A DNA stretch of 64,000 nt from Thermoplasmata archaeon. Lineage in GTDB: Archaea > Thermoplasmatota > Thermoplasmata > Thermoplasmatales > Thermoplasmataceae. The translations under genes and the position numbers were made by a program. The DNA is taken from assembly GCA_021818715.1 (NCBI GenBank), contig JAKATN010000003.1, forward strand, positions 31,093-95,092. Direction: 5' to 3'. The notes beneath the pieces are model-generated. The model worked only from the letters and a program-made list of their open reading frames with translations, had not been told where the DNA came from and did not search any database. Positions 27,441-37,249 of this stretch are shown here, one piece after another (position 1 is the first letter of the stretch; each line of letters opens with the position of its first letter).

Positions 27441-28246
27441 TTTGCTCCCCCGGATTCCCAATGAAAATAGTTATCAGCTTGCACGTGAAAGTTCATTATA
27501 ATCGTTATTCTCCCTCCGCCATGCCCAAGATACTCCTCTGGTAATATGACTGGATCTATTGAATAGGTTTCATTGGGGGAAAGGGATAATGGGCCAAACC
27601 AAAGGGAAGTCGTCTCATGGCCAATTCCCGAATAGATTAGACCACCGTTGAAAATAGGTTGCTCGTCCATCCATGAAATTGAGATATTTCCCTGTCGTAT
27701 TCCCCAGAATGATGATGGTATATTACACACGGTGTTTGACATACCTTTGCCATGAAGTAATCCAGCATAATTGAATCCTGAAAGTAGGCTGAAATTGTCC
27801 TGTTTTTGCTGAATTGAAAACGTTGGAATCATTGTTGCATTGGTTGGGTTAAAATTGGTCATGGCCAAACTTGCATCGATACCATTAGGCAGGAAGGTAT
27901 AAATTTCGGCTATCCTTTCGCCACGATTCCACATTATGAGTACGACAGAATTCTGGCCAGAGTTCTCGATTCTGTTGGTTTTATAATTCGAGAATTCCTG
28001 CTGCACAATTGGACCGGAAGTAGACGGAGTAATCTGGGAAGTCGATGAGGTCGCGGCCGGAACATACTGGAGCACCTTCCACGAAACAGGGTACATGTTT
28101 CCGCCGAAACCAATAGATACACTTGTTCCCTGAATCTCCACGATTTCGTTTCCAGATGAGTAAACTTCCGTTGCGGCGGTTTGCGATCCGTAATGAAACA
28201 GCATCGAAACCGGTGAAATCATAAGTACTGATACCATTGTGACCAA
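27437..28246 (-). CDS. Secreted/cell-surface protein, unknown function
   Basis: It has a hydrophobic N-terminus (MVTMVSVLMISPVSMLF) and a Ser/Thr/Asn-rich body. It is translationally coupled to the downstream ORF. Confidence 0.4.
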   Translation of the reverse strand: MVTMVSVLMISPVSMLFHYGSQTAATEVYSSGNEIVEIQGTSVSIGFGGNMYPVSWKVLQYVPAATSSTSQITPSTSGPIVQQEFSNYKTNRIENSGQNSVVLIMWNRGERIAEIYTFLPNGIDASLAMTNFNPTNATMIPTFSIQQKQDNFSLLSGFNYAGLLHGKGMSNTVCNIPSSFWGIRQGNISISWMDEQPIFNGGLIYSGIGHETTSLWFGPLSLSPNETYSIDPVILPEEYLGHGGGRITIIMNFHVQADNYFHWESGGAK

Positions 28247-28518
28247 ATAATAGTCAGGATTTTGCGGTAATCTGCCTGGAAGGATGATTGAGAATACCCG
28301 AATTCAACCACTAATAAATGAGCTTTTGGAAATATATATATTTTTGCATAACAATATTTATGCCATTTTCACATACATGAAAGGCCGATTGAAATGCGGT
28401 AGAGCTCAAAATTGAATGTGGAGTGTTTCCATTTAGGCAGGACGTCCATATCCAGGCATTTCCGAACGTTAAGAACAAACAGACAATCGTTTTAATATCC
28501 GGTTAATATCGCTGCAAA

Positions 28519-29355
28519 ATGAGCACCAAAGTCTCGGAGATAATGACCAACAAGCCGTTCTGTTTCCATGTTCCAAGCATGGTTGAAGACCTGGTTGGGT
28601 TCCTGATAAAAAGAAACCTCACTGGCGCACCCGTAACAAACGGCGAGGGAAAATATGTTGGAATGGTCTCCAGGCGCGATGTCTTCTCCAACCCCTCCGA
28701 AAGCCAGACTGCGATGCTCATGAGGAAGGAGAAGGCCGTAAGACCTGACGACACTGTCGAAGCTGCGGCCAGGGAGATGGTCCTGCAGCACAGAAGGCAT
28801 GTCGCCGTTGTCGGTGATGACGGGACAGTTGTTGGAATACTCACTCCGCAGAACTTCCTTGATTATGTATCTGAGACAAAGGGAAAGGAAAAGATAGCCA
28901 GCGTGATGAAGGGCCCTTCATTCGCGCTCTGGGAAAAGATGCCTGTGAAACTTTTCCTTACAATAACGAATCTCTCCAAGATCTATGCTTTTCCTGTTCT
29001 TGATGCCGAAAGCAATTTCAAGGGCATAATAACTGACAGGGATGTGTTCAACATCATGAAGTTCAGCAGTTCTGAACTGTCAATGAAGAGGGATATGCAG
29101 GAGGATGATCCATGGAGCTGGGAGGGAGTCAGGAATTTCACGTCTTATGCTGTGTACAAAAACATAATGGAAATTCCAAATGTGCCCGTGGAACGCTGCA
29201 TGATTACCGAACCCAAGACCGTAGAGATCGATGACGAGGTATCTAGCGCAGTCGACATAATGAAGGAACACAATTTCAACCAGCTGCCTGTACTCAGGGG
29301 AACCAGGCTGGTGGGGATGCTTTATGATCTCGAGCTACTAGGGGTGATTTCCTGA
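28519..29355 (+). CDS. CBS-domain protein (four CBS repeats)
   Basis: Repeated CBS signatures are present (GAPV..GEGKYVGMVSRRDV, HRRHVAVVGDDGTVVGILT, FPVLD..NFKGIITDRDV, NQLPVLRGTRLVGMLYDLEL). Confidence 0.85.
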   Translation: MSTKVSEIMTNKPFCFHVPSMVEDLVGFLIKRNLTGAPVTNGEGKYVGMVSRRDVFSNPSESQTAMLMRKEKAVRPDDTVEAAAREMVLQHRRHVAVVGDDGTVVGILTPQNFLDYVSETKGKEKIASVMKGPSFALWEKMPVKLFLTITNLSKIYAFPVLDAESNFKGIITDRDVFNIMKFSSSELSMKRDMQEDDPWSWEGVRNFTSYAVYKNIMEIPNVPVERCMITEPKTVEIDDEVSSAVDIMKEHNFNQLPVLRGTRLVGMLYDLELLGVIS

Positions 29356-29372
29356 GTCGTTTTGACGACGTT

Positions 29373-30827
29373 GTGGAGATCGCTAAAAGAAGAGGATTTT
29401 TCTGGCCTTCGTTTTCTCTGTATGGCGGGGAGTCCGGCTTCTATGATTTCGGACCAGTTGGCACCCTGCTGAAGGATAGGTTCCTGAGGCTGTTCAGGCA
29501 AAGTTACCTGCGCGAAGGCGGGATATTCATAGACACACCCACTGTCACGCCGAAAAGGGTTTTTCAGGCCTCAGGGCATCTTGAAAAATTCGAGGATCTC
29601 GCAGTAAAATGCTCCAGGTGCGGCAGGTATGACAGGATCGATTCCTCGCTGAAAAAATCAGGCATTGCAAGGGAAACTACGACACTGGAAGATGCCATTT
29701 CTCTGATCGATGAGGGGAAACTTATCTGCGCATATTGCGGCGGAAAGATAGTTTCTGCTGAGATGATGAGCCAGATGTTCAGGGTGGAGAGAGGCAAAGG
29801 CTATGAGCCGTATTACCTGAGGCCGGAGACCGCACAGGGTATATTCGTGAATTTCAAGCTTCTCCTGAACCAGAACAGGGGGAAACTGCCTATGATCGTC
29901 TGCCAGTACGGGAAGGGCTACAGGAACGAGATATCTCCGCGCCAGGCACTCCTGAGGCAGCGCGAATTCTTTATGGCAGAGGTGGAGGTTTTCCTGGATC
30001 CGGAAGCAGGTTGGACCAGAGATCCACCGGAAGACGTTGTGCTGACGCTATTGCAAAACAGCGGTAATAAGCTGCGGGCATCTGCGAAGAACGCGCATGA
30101 GAGCGGGGTCATAGCGAACAGAGGGATGGCATACTTCATTTACATCACTTACTCCATCCTCAGGAAATGCGGAATTCCGGAAGATGGAATAAGGTTCAGG
30201 CAGCACAGGAAGAGCGAGCTTGCCCACTACGCCAGGGACGCCTGGGATGCCGAGGCGGTAATAGACGACGACTGGGTGGAGATAGTGGGAATTGCCGATC
30301 GCGGCGATTATGATCTCAGGAAGCATTCAGATTTTTCAGGTGAGCCGCTTTCAGCAGAGGGTGGGGCAGTACCGGTGGTTGTTGAACCCGCTTACGGCGT
30401 GGACAGGATCACCATGGCAGTTCTTTCATCCTCATATTATGTCAGGGAAAACGGATTCAAGGTAATGCGCCTGGCGCCAGAGATATCCCCTTACATTGTT
30501 GCCGTACTGCCGCTGCAGATCAGGGACGGGCTTGATGCTATTGCAAGGGAACTTTTCGCAAAGCTCATGAACCTGAACGATTACGTTGCCTACGATGAGT
30601 CCGGATCAATAGGAAGGAGATACGCGAGGCAGGATGAGATAGGGACGCCTTATTGCATAACAGTGGATTACCAGACCAAGGAGGACTCCACGGTAACAAT
30701 AAGGGAAAGGGATAGCACCTCCCAAATCCGGGTGAAGATCGATGATCTTACCGGATACCCCATTCTTCAGAATACGAAATTGATGAAGGAGCTAAGTGCT
30801 CTCAGTCTTTCTGCATCAAAGAAATAA
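29373..30827 (+). CDS. glyS: Glycine--tRNA ligase (archaeal/eukaryotic class II type)
   Basis: It has RRGFFWPSFSLYGGESGFYDFGPVG, YLRPETAQG and FRNEISPR, plus a C-terminal anticodon-binding domain. GTG at 29373 is the first canonical start after the in-frame stop at 29325. Confidence 0.92.
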   Translation: MEIAKRRGFFWPSFSLYGGESGFYDFGPVGTLLKDRFLRLFRQSYLREGGIFIDTPTVTPKRVFQASGHLEKFEDLAVKCSRCGRYDRIDSSLKKSGIARETTTLEDAISLIDEGKLICAYCGGKIVSAEMMSQMFRVERGKGYEPYYLRPETAQGIFVNFKLLLNQNRGKLPMIVCQYGKGYRNEISPRQALLRQREFFMAEVEVFLDPEAGWTRDPPEDVVLTLLQNSGNKLRASAKNAHESGVIANRGMAYFIYITYSILRKCGIPEDGIRFRQHRKSELAHYARDAWDAEAVIDDDWVEIVGIADRGDYDLRKHSDFSGEPLSAEGGAVPVVVEPAYGVDRITMAVLSSSYYVRENGFKVMRLAPEISPYIVAVLPLQIRDGLDAIARELFAKLMNLNDYVAYDESGSIGRRYARQDEIGTPYCITVDYQTKEDSTVTIRERDSTSQIRVKIDDLTGYPILQNTKLMKELSALSLSASKK

Positions 30828-31005
30828 CCCTGGCAGGACACAGGGAAGCCGCTTCCTGCAGATCATTGTCCTTTCCTTCTACCGCTCCCGCAAGATATGC
30901 CTTCCCTTCACTGTCCATTTCAAAGACCCCTGGCAGAATTGCCGTGCATATTGCATCCCCAAGGCAACTCTCCCTGTCCAGCTTGACCTTAAGGTGCAGT
31001 TCCAT
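30802..31005 (-). CDS. Small single-cluster ferredoxin-like protein at the end of the suf operon
   Basis: MELHLKVKLDRESCLGDAICTAILPGVFEMD...EAASLCPARVI has a CxxxxC...CP ferredoxin pattern. The frame is open to 31083 but that would overlap sufU heavily. Confidence 0.55.
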   Translation of the reverse strand: MELHLKVKLDRESCLGDAICTAILPGVFEMDSEGKAYLAGAVEGKDNDLQEAASLCPARVISLMQKD

Positions 31006-31369
31006 CACCCGCGATCGCCTTCCTGAGGGCATTAAGGGAGAGGAGGGCGCATCTTTCCCTTGCAGGTCCCAGGCTGACTCCAAGATCCATAAGGTATTTC
31101 TGGTCAGTGAGATCGTTCAGGCTTGATATGCTCTTCCCCTTTACCGTTTCAGTGAGAATTGATGCAGACGCCTGGCTGATGGAACAGCCGCGACCGACGA
31201 ACTTGATGTCTTCTATCCTTCCCTCGTTTATGATCATTTCCAGGTGGACGGTGTCCCCGCAGATTGGGTTATACTCCGTGATCCTGTTGGTTGCATTTTC
31301 AATTGTTCCATAGTTGTGAGGATTACGGTAGTGATCCATCATCACTTCGTATGCGATGTCTTCGCTCAA
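30989..31369 (-). CDS. sufU: SufU/IscU-type Fe-S scaffold / sulfurtransferase
   Basis: It has HYRNPHNYG, NPICGD, GRGCSISQAS and RERCALLS, with the three conserved Cys. Confidence 0.85.
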   Translation of the reverse strand: MSEDIAYEVMMDHYRNPHNYGTIENATNRITEYNPICGDTVHLEMIINEGRIEDIKFVGRGCSISQASASILTETVKGKSISSLNDLTDQKYLMDLGVSLGPARERCALLSLNALRKAIAGDGTAP

Positions 31370-32652
31370 TGCCCAAACCTCGCCGTCGCATTTTGCAAAC
31401 CTATAAAGAGCTTGTCGATCTCCTCCTTGGAATTGTATATGTAGAACGAGGCTCTTGCGGTTGCCTGAACGTCAAGTCTTGCCATCAGCGGCATTGCACA
31501 GTGGTGTCCGGATCTTATCGCTATCCCTTCCTTGTCTATCTCAGAAGCGACGTCATGAGGATGCATGCTTGCCCTTGAAATGCGTATGCTGTTCGCCTCC
31601 AGTTCCCTCTGGATGTTGAACGATGGTATATCTCCGATGTTGAATGAATAGACGCCGCCTCTCAGATGCAGGCTCCTTGGGCCGAAAGATTTCAGGTTCT
31701 CCATATATTTTTCCTCCTGGAATGCATAGAGGATCATCTCGCTCTCATGCTTTCTCACTTCCTTCATCCCGATGTTCTTCAGGTAGTCCACCGCAGCCGA
31801 GAGCCCGATGGCATCTGCCACGTTTGGGGTCCCTGCCTCAAACTTCAGTGGGATATCAGCCCATGTGGAACCCTCGGTTGTCACGGTGTTGATCATTTCT
31901 CCACCACCCATATACGGAGGGAGCTTGCTGAGCAAATCAGGCTTGCCGTATAGTCCCCCTATACCCATGGGCCCAAGCATCTTATGGCCCGAAAAGGCGA
32001 CGTAATCACAATCTATGTCCTTCACGTCTACCGGCATATGAGGCACACTCTGTGCACCGTCAAGTATGAAAGTCGCTTCCTTTTCATGCGAAATTCTGGC
32101 AAGCTCCTTCGCATCGTTTATTGTGCCGAGAACATTTGAGACATGGGTAACGGAGACAACTTTTGTGTGCTGAGTGATCTTGGAAGTGAAATCCTCCATG
32201 TTCAGAGTTCCGTCTTCCTTCAGGTCAGCGTACTTGATTTTCACCCCCTTGCCCATAAGGAATTGCCATGGAACGATGTTAGAGTGGTGTTCCATGAGAG
32301 TGAGGAGAACCTCATCGTCCCTCTTCAGGGATTGCCCTATCGAGGATGCAAGAAGGTTCAGTGCCTCAGTGGCGTTCCTGACAAATACAAGGCCGTTCTG
32401 GTCATTTCCTCCTATGAAATCAGAAACGTTCTTCCTGGCCTTTTCGTACATGTCAGTAGCTTCCTCACTGAGTTTGTAAATACCCCTGTGGACGTTACTG
32501 TTGAAATTCTCATAATAATCCTTGATTGCGTCAATGACGGATTTTGGTTTCTGGGTGGTCGCTGCATTGTCCAGGTAGATGATCTCCTTTCCGTCTATCT
32601 TTCTCCTGAAAATTGGAAAATCATTCTTCACTTTAGTGGGATTCAACATCAC
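31366..32652 (-). CDS. sufS: Cysteine desulfurase, SufS (class II)
   Basis: It has YLDNAATTQKP, AFSGHKMLGPMGIG (the PLP Lys) and RSGHHCAMPL (the catalytic Cys loop). Confidence 0.92.
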   Translation of the reverse strand: MMLNPTKVKNDFPIFRRKIDGKEIIYLDNAATTQKPKSVIDAIKDYYENFNSNVHRGIYKLSEEATDMYEKARKNVSDFIGGNDQNGLVFVRNATEALNLLASSIGQSLKRDDEVLLTLMEHHSNIVPWQFLMGKGVKIKYADLKEDGTLNMEDFTSKITQHTKVVSVTHVSNVLGTINDAKELARISHEKEATFILDGAQSVPHMPVDVKDIDCDYVAFSGHKMLGPMGIGGLYGKPDLLSKLPPYMGGGEMINTVTTEGSTWADIPLKFEAGTPNVADAIGLSAAVDYLKNIGMKEVRKHESEMILYAFQEEKYMENLKSFGPRSLHLRGGVYSFNIGDIPSFNIQRELEANSIRISRASMHPHDVASEIDKEGIAIRSGHHCAMPLMARLDVQATARASFYIYNSKEEIDKLFIGLQNATARFGH

Positions 32653-33881
32653 AGCTCAACATGTCGGGAAAGTTCATGGACTTTATTAATTAACCTGTCT
32701 GACCCTGACTGTTCGACTGCAGAAACCATGAAACCCTCGGTGATTATAGATCTGGCACTGTTCCTGTCCACACCCCTGCTCTGAAGATAGAACAGCTCTT
32801 CCTCGTCGACGCTGCTTATTGCCGATCCGTGCTTTGATCTTGTGTTGTTGTTAAGGATTATCAGTGCAGGCTTTGAGTTCGCGTATGCCTTGTCGGAGAG
32901 AAGTAGCAGCTTTGAGTCATAGAAACCGGTTGACTGAACGCTGGCTTCCTCTATATCGATGTTTCCGCGGTGCATCGTTATGCTCTCGCCGGTCACCGCC
33001 CCCTTGACCGAGATGTCGGCATGAGTGGAGAGCCCGGTCTGAAAACTGCTGTCTCTTATGTCCATCCCCTGCTTATCCGAGGAGAAACTCACACCATGCG
33101 TTCGGAATGTGGAGTTGTCTCCAATCATTTCTGACTCGTTATGGAATATTACCTTTGATGATCCGCTGTTCAGGTGGAATATCATGAATTCCGCGCCCTC
33201 GGAAAGGAATGACCTGACGAATGTAATATCGGTGCTGTGATCAGCCTTGTCCTGAATGTAGTTATATGTTACCTTCGAATTTTTTCCGACAACTATGTAA
33301 ATGTTTTTTCCGAAAACGTTGCTGTTGTCCTTCACGGAACTGTAGCTGTCAGTAATGATGACGGAGTTGTTGTCGCCGCATTCTATGAAGGATTTCGTAG
33401 GTATGCTGAAATCCCCGGAATAGACATTTTCTATATCGAGATTCACCTTTCCTGCATTGTCCTCGATCTGCACATAATAGCCGTTCTTCCAGGAGGCGTT
33501 GATAAGGTGTTCCTCCCTCTCCTTCCCGACCCGCATAAAAACTTCAGTTCCGCGGTTCGCATTGCATGAGACGGAGTTGAGATCGGCAATAGTCACCTTG
33601 CTTATCTCCCTCACCGGCCGTAGCTCTCCATCGAAGAGCTGAATGTCAGTGCCCGGAGACATAGAATGGGTTCCCTTTAGAGGGGATGCGGACACTGGCT
33701 CCGCACTGCTTCCCATCAGTATTTCTAGTTCGTCCTCGGATATGCTGACATAGTCCTTTGTGGTCGGGCTCTCCTTGTATTCCCTGGGCTTTGCCCTTAG
33801 AAACTTCTTGAAGCTTTCCAGCCTGAATTCGTAGGCTGAATTCCCAAAACGATCCCTGAGTGCATCGACAAACGTTTCCAT
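32649..33881 (-). CDS. sufD: Fe-S cluster assembly protein SufD
   Basis: It has the SufB/D beta-helix family C-terminus SKHGSAISSVDEEELFYLQSRGV...A..IITEGF. It sits between sufB and sufS. Confidence 0.85.
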   Translation of the reverse strand: METFVDALRDRFGNSAYEFRLESFKKFLRAKPREYKESPTTKDYVSISEDELEILMGSSAEPVSASPLKGTHSMSPGTDIQLFDGELRPVREISKVTIADLNSVSCNANRGTEVFMRVGKEREEHLINASWKNGYYVQIEDNAGKVNLDIENVYSGDFSIPTKSFIECGDNNSVIITDSYSSVKDNSNVFGKNIYIVVGKNSKVTYNYIQDKADHSTDITFVRSFLSEGAEFMIFHLNSGSSKVIFHNESEMIGDNSTFRTHGVSFSSDKQGMDIRDSSFQTGLSTHADISVKGAVTGESITMHRGNIDIEEASVQSTGFYDSKLLLLSDKAYANSKPALIILNNNTRSKHGSAISSVDEEELFYLQSRGVDRNSARSIITEGFMVSAVEQSGSDRLINKVHELSRHVEL

Positions 33882-33899
33882 CCGGTTCCCCTTCCTGCC

Positions 33900-36428
33900 T
33901 TATCCGACTGCGCCGAATTTGCTCATTTCAAGCTTTATCAGCCTATTCATCTCTACAGCGAATTCCATCGGAATCTCCTTCATAACGTCGTCAAGGAATC
34001 CCAGCACTATCATTGAACTGGCCTCGTCCTCCGAAAGCCCTCTGGATCTTAGGTAAGTCAACTCCTCTGTGCCAATCTTTCCCACGGACGCCTCATGGGA
34101 GAAAGTCGCAGTTGGTTCATAAATCTCGTCATGGGGGAAAGTGAGCGACGATGACTGATCGTTTATCAGAAGAGCGTCACACTGCACTTTGCTCTTGGAG
34201 TGCACTGCTCCCTTGTTCATCCTGAGGAGGCCCCTGTATATGGCCTTTCCATCCTCTATGCTGATGCTCTTGGCCACTATCCTGGAACTGGTGTACGGTG
34301 CAAAGTGAAGCGCCTTGGCGCCGGTGTCCTTGTAGGTTCCTGCACCGGCAAGTGCTATGTTCAGATTGGATGCCGAGGAATGCGCACCCCTCAGATATGA
34401 AGACGGGTATAGCATGGTGACCTTGGAACCAAGAGAACCGCCCACCCATTCCATCTGGGCGTTCTCGTCCACCCATGATCGTTTTGTGGGCATGTTGTAG
34501 ACGCTCTTTGACCAGTTCTGGACGCTCGTATACCTTGCCCTGGCATTCTTCTTCACGTAAATCTCCACTATTGCGCTGTGTAACGAATCCCTGTCATACC
34601 TTGGGGCTGTGCAGTTGTGTACGGCAAAACCCTTGGCCAGATAGGTGTTTTCCCCGCTCACTTCAAGGTTGTACACGAGATCGTTGTAGTCCTCGCTGGT
34701 GATGTTCTTTATTGGAACAAAGAAAATGTTACCTGATCTTCGCACCTCGGAGAATTGCCTGTTCTCACGGTATTGCACTACGTACTGCGCCTTACTGCCG
34801 CCGTCTGTGTCATGAATAGCCCTGTTTTTGACCCTTCCAGGAGTTATGGTGGCAAATGTTCCTATTCGTGCCAGCATTTCCTGCAGCTGGAAGGCCATTG
34901 TCTCGCCGGCAGCGGAAAACCTCACTACTGAAGGTAAACTGCGATCCCTTCCCTTGAATGCCGAAACGGCGCCATGGTATTGATCAATGATAAGTTTCTG
35001 TTTCTGAGGCGGCAGGAGCATAATGCGCTCGGAGAATTTCTTGCCATTTCCAACTTCCCTAACCAGGTCATTCAGCAGGCTTATTAGGTCTCCTGATTTT
35101 GATGATACAGTGGTGAGCCCGTTATCCGATCTGGCAATGATTGCTTCTCCTCCAAGGAATTCTATGAGATTGGCTGTTTCCATGGCCAGAGTTTTTGCAA
35201 TGCCTGGCCTTCCGTACCTGAAACTGACTTCCCTGATCCCTGATGCCTGGTCAGTGTGCAACGAACCCGCGGCTGCATAAAGCCCGATTAACCTCAAAAC
35301 CGGTTCGTTTATCGAAGGATCATCAGTTGTCTCGGTGGGGGCAACGTACACAATGAAATCCCCCTCCTTCAGCTCATCCGCCCTGATGAAATCGGGTTTG
35401 CAGGCCGGAAGCCTCCCGTCTGACAGCCTCTTCATTTTTCCATTCCTTGGTGCACAGGCATCAACGTCGGATCTCCTCACGGCTAGAACCGGGTGCTCAA
35501 CCGTGAGCCTGAACGCATTGCCCATGGAAAGCGGAGTCACTGTCAGCATCCTGCCCTCGTAAGGATGGATGAATGTCCTGGTGACCTGCGATTTCCTGCC
35601 GGAGTGTGTCATGACGCTGTCCAGTAGATTGACAGTGCTGATGGGAGTGAATGTATCTCCCCTGCTTACTATTTCATCAGCGGGAAGGCAGCCTTCAACA
35701 TAGTGGACCTTTGAACCTTCGTCTGCAACGACTATGGTGTGCTCGAACTGCCCCGTAGCCTCTCCGTTCATGCGGAAATAGGTCTGCAGGGGCATGTCTA
35801 TCTGCACCCCCTTTGGAACGTACAGGAACGATCCGCCGCTCCAGACTGCCCCGTTAAGGGCTGCAAATTTGTTGTCAGTAATTGGAACAGCCTTGCAGTA
35901 ATAGTCCTTCACCAGGTCAGGATATCTCTGAATCGCCGAATCCAGATCCATGAAGACCACGCCCTTGTCCTCCCAGACCTTCTTCAGGTTGTGATATACT
36001 CCCTCGCTGTCGTATTGGGCAACTGAACCTGCTAGGTACTTCTGCTCAATCTCTGGAATTCCAAGTTTCTGGAAAGTCTCCTTTATCTGGTCAGGGACTT
36101 CATTCCAGTCATTCACCCTTCTCTCATCCGGCCTGTTATAATATGAGGTGTTTTCCCAGTCAATACCGGACAGATCCGGGCCCCATGTGGGTACGGGCTT
36201 GGACTGGAACACTTCCAGCGCCTTCAGCCTTGCCCTCCGCATCCAGTCCGGTTCCTTCTTTATTTCGGATATCTCCTCAACCGTCTCCCTGGTCAGCCCT
36301 TTTCCGGTGGAATATACTGGCTTAAGATTGTCATGGAATTCATAATCATTCTGCTTCAGGTTGTTCAGCTCCTTAAGCAGCTGTTCCAGTTCCTCGTCCT
36401 TCTTGAAATCTACATCCATTTCAAGCAC
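33900..36428 (-). CDS. sufB: Fe-S cluster assembly protein SufB, interrupted by an in-frame intein (842 aa precursor, 483 aa after splicing)
   Basis: The exteins read ...FEHTIVVADEGSKVHYVEG | CTAPRYDRDSLHSAIVEIY..., which is a contiguous canonical SufB sequence once residues 247-605 are removed. Confidence 0.92.
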   Translation of the reverse strand: MLEMDVDFKKDEELEQLLKELNNLKQNDYEFHDNLKPVYSTGKGLTRETVEEISEIKKEPDWMRRARLKALEVFQSKPVPTWGPDLSGIDWENTSYYNRPDERRVNDWNEVPDQIKETFQKLGIPEIEQKYLAGSVAQYDSEGVYHNLKKVWEDKGVVFMDLDSAIQRYPDLVKDYYCKAVPITDNKFAALNGAVWSGGSFLYVPKGVQIDMPLQTYFRMNGEATGQFEHTIVVADEGSKVHYVEGCLPADEIVSRGDTFTPISTVNLLDSVMTHSGRKSQVTRTFIHPYEGRMLTVTPLSMGNAFRLTVEHPVLAVRRSDVDACAPRNGKMKRLSDGRLPACKPDFIRADELKEGDFIVYVAPTETTDDPSINEPVLRLIGLYAAAGSLHTDQASGIREVSFRYGRPGIAKTLAMETANLIEFLGGEAIIARSDNGLTTVSSKSGDLISLLNDLVREVGNGKKFSERIMLLPPQKQKLIIDQYHGAVSAFKGRDRSLPSVVRFSAAGETMAFQLQEMLARIGTFATITPGRVKNRAIHDTDGGSKAQYVVQYRENRQFSEVRRSGNIFFVPIKNITSEDYNDLVYNLEVSGENTYLAKGFAVHNCTAPRYDRDSLHSAIVEIYVKKNARARYTSVQNWSKSVYNMPTKRSWVDENAQMEWVGGSLGSKVTMLYPSSYLRGAHSSASNLNIALAGAGTYKDTGAKALHFAPYTSSRIVAKSISIEDGKAIYRGLLRMNKGAVHSKSKVQCDALLINDQSSSLTFPHDEIYEPTATFSHEASVGKIGTEELTYLRSRGLSEDEASSMIVLGFLDDVMKEIPMEFAVEMNRLIKLEMSKFGAVG
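34614..35690 (-). mobile_element. SufB intein (359 aa) with a LAGLIDADG-type homing-endonuclease-like insert
   Basis: It starts with Cys (CLPADEIV, codon at 35688..35690). Block B is LTVEHPVLA. DOD-like blocks are LRLIGLYAAAGSL and LIIDQYHGAVS. Block F/G is VYNLEVSGENTYLAKGFAVHN. The +1 residue is Cys (34611..34613). Confidence 0.85.
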
Positions 36429-37161
36429 CCCTTATCCAGTCGTATCCCTCTTCCTCAATACGAAGGGATATTGAGTTGTCCCCCTCCATTGCCATCTTTC
36501 CGTTCATAAGGATATGAACGAACTGTGGTTCTATGTTCTTGAGAATCCTCTGGTAGTGGGTAATAATCAGGAACCCAACTTCCTGGTTGTAGTACTCCTT
36601 TATTTCTTCTGCGACCATTTTGAGGGCATCAACGTCCAGGCCAGAGTCGATCTCATCGAGTACAACAAATTTCGGCCTCAACATTACCATCTGCAGTATT
36701 TCGAATCGCTTTCTTTCACCGCCGGAAAAACCATCGTTCACCGATCGGGAGATGAAGGATTCGTCCAGCCCAACCTTCCTCATGTGCTGCTTCATCCTGT
36801 CGTAGAATTCCTGGATGGAGAGCTTCTCGCTCGGATGCACCTGGTTATAGGCAGTCCTGAGGAAGGATGAAAGCTTCACTCCCTGCACTGCTACCGGGTT
36901 CTGGAAAGCAAGGAAAAGACCGGCTTTGGCCCTCTCTTCCGGGTACTTCCCGATGAGTTCCACGCCATCTATCTTCACAGACCCGGAGGTAACCTCATAA
37001 TTCGGATGACCCATTAGCACGTATCCCAGAGTGCTCTTGCCTGCACCGTTCGGGCCCATCAGGGCGTGTATTTCGCCACCCTTGACAGTCATGGAAACAT
37101 CTTTTAGGAGCTGTTTGTCCTCCACCCTTGCTGATAGGTTTCTGATTTCTAGAGTCGGCAT
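36421..37161 (-). CDS. sufC: Fe-S cluster assembly ATPase SufC
   Basis: It has Walker A GPNGAGKST, FSGGERKR, Walker B VLDEIDSGLD and ITHY. It overlaps sufB by 8 nt. Confidence 0.95.
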   Translation of the reverse strand: MPTLEIRNLSARVEDKQLLKDVSMTVKGGEIHALMGPNGAGKSTLGYVLMGHPNYEVTSGSVKIDGVELIGKYPEERAKAGLFLAFQNPVAVQGVKLSSFLRTAYNQVHPSEKLSIQEFYDRMKQHMRKVGLDESFISRSVNDGFSGGERKRFEILQMVMLRPKFVVLDEIDSGLDVDALKMVAEEIKEYYNQEVGFLIITHYQRILKNIEPQFVHILMNGKMAMEGDNSISLRIEEEGYDWIRGA

Positions 37162-37249
37162 AACGTCTCTTTAATCGTCATAACCTATTTAAACAATTTT
37201 GTATGTTTTTAATAACTAAATTCTTATACTGCGCATCAATAGCTGTCTA

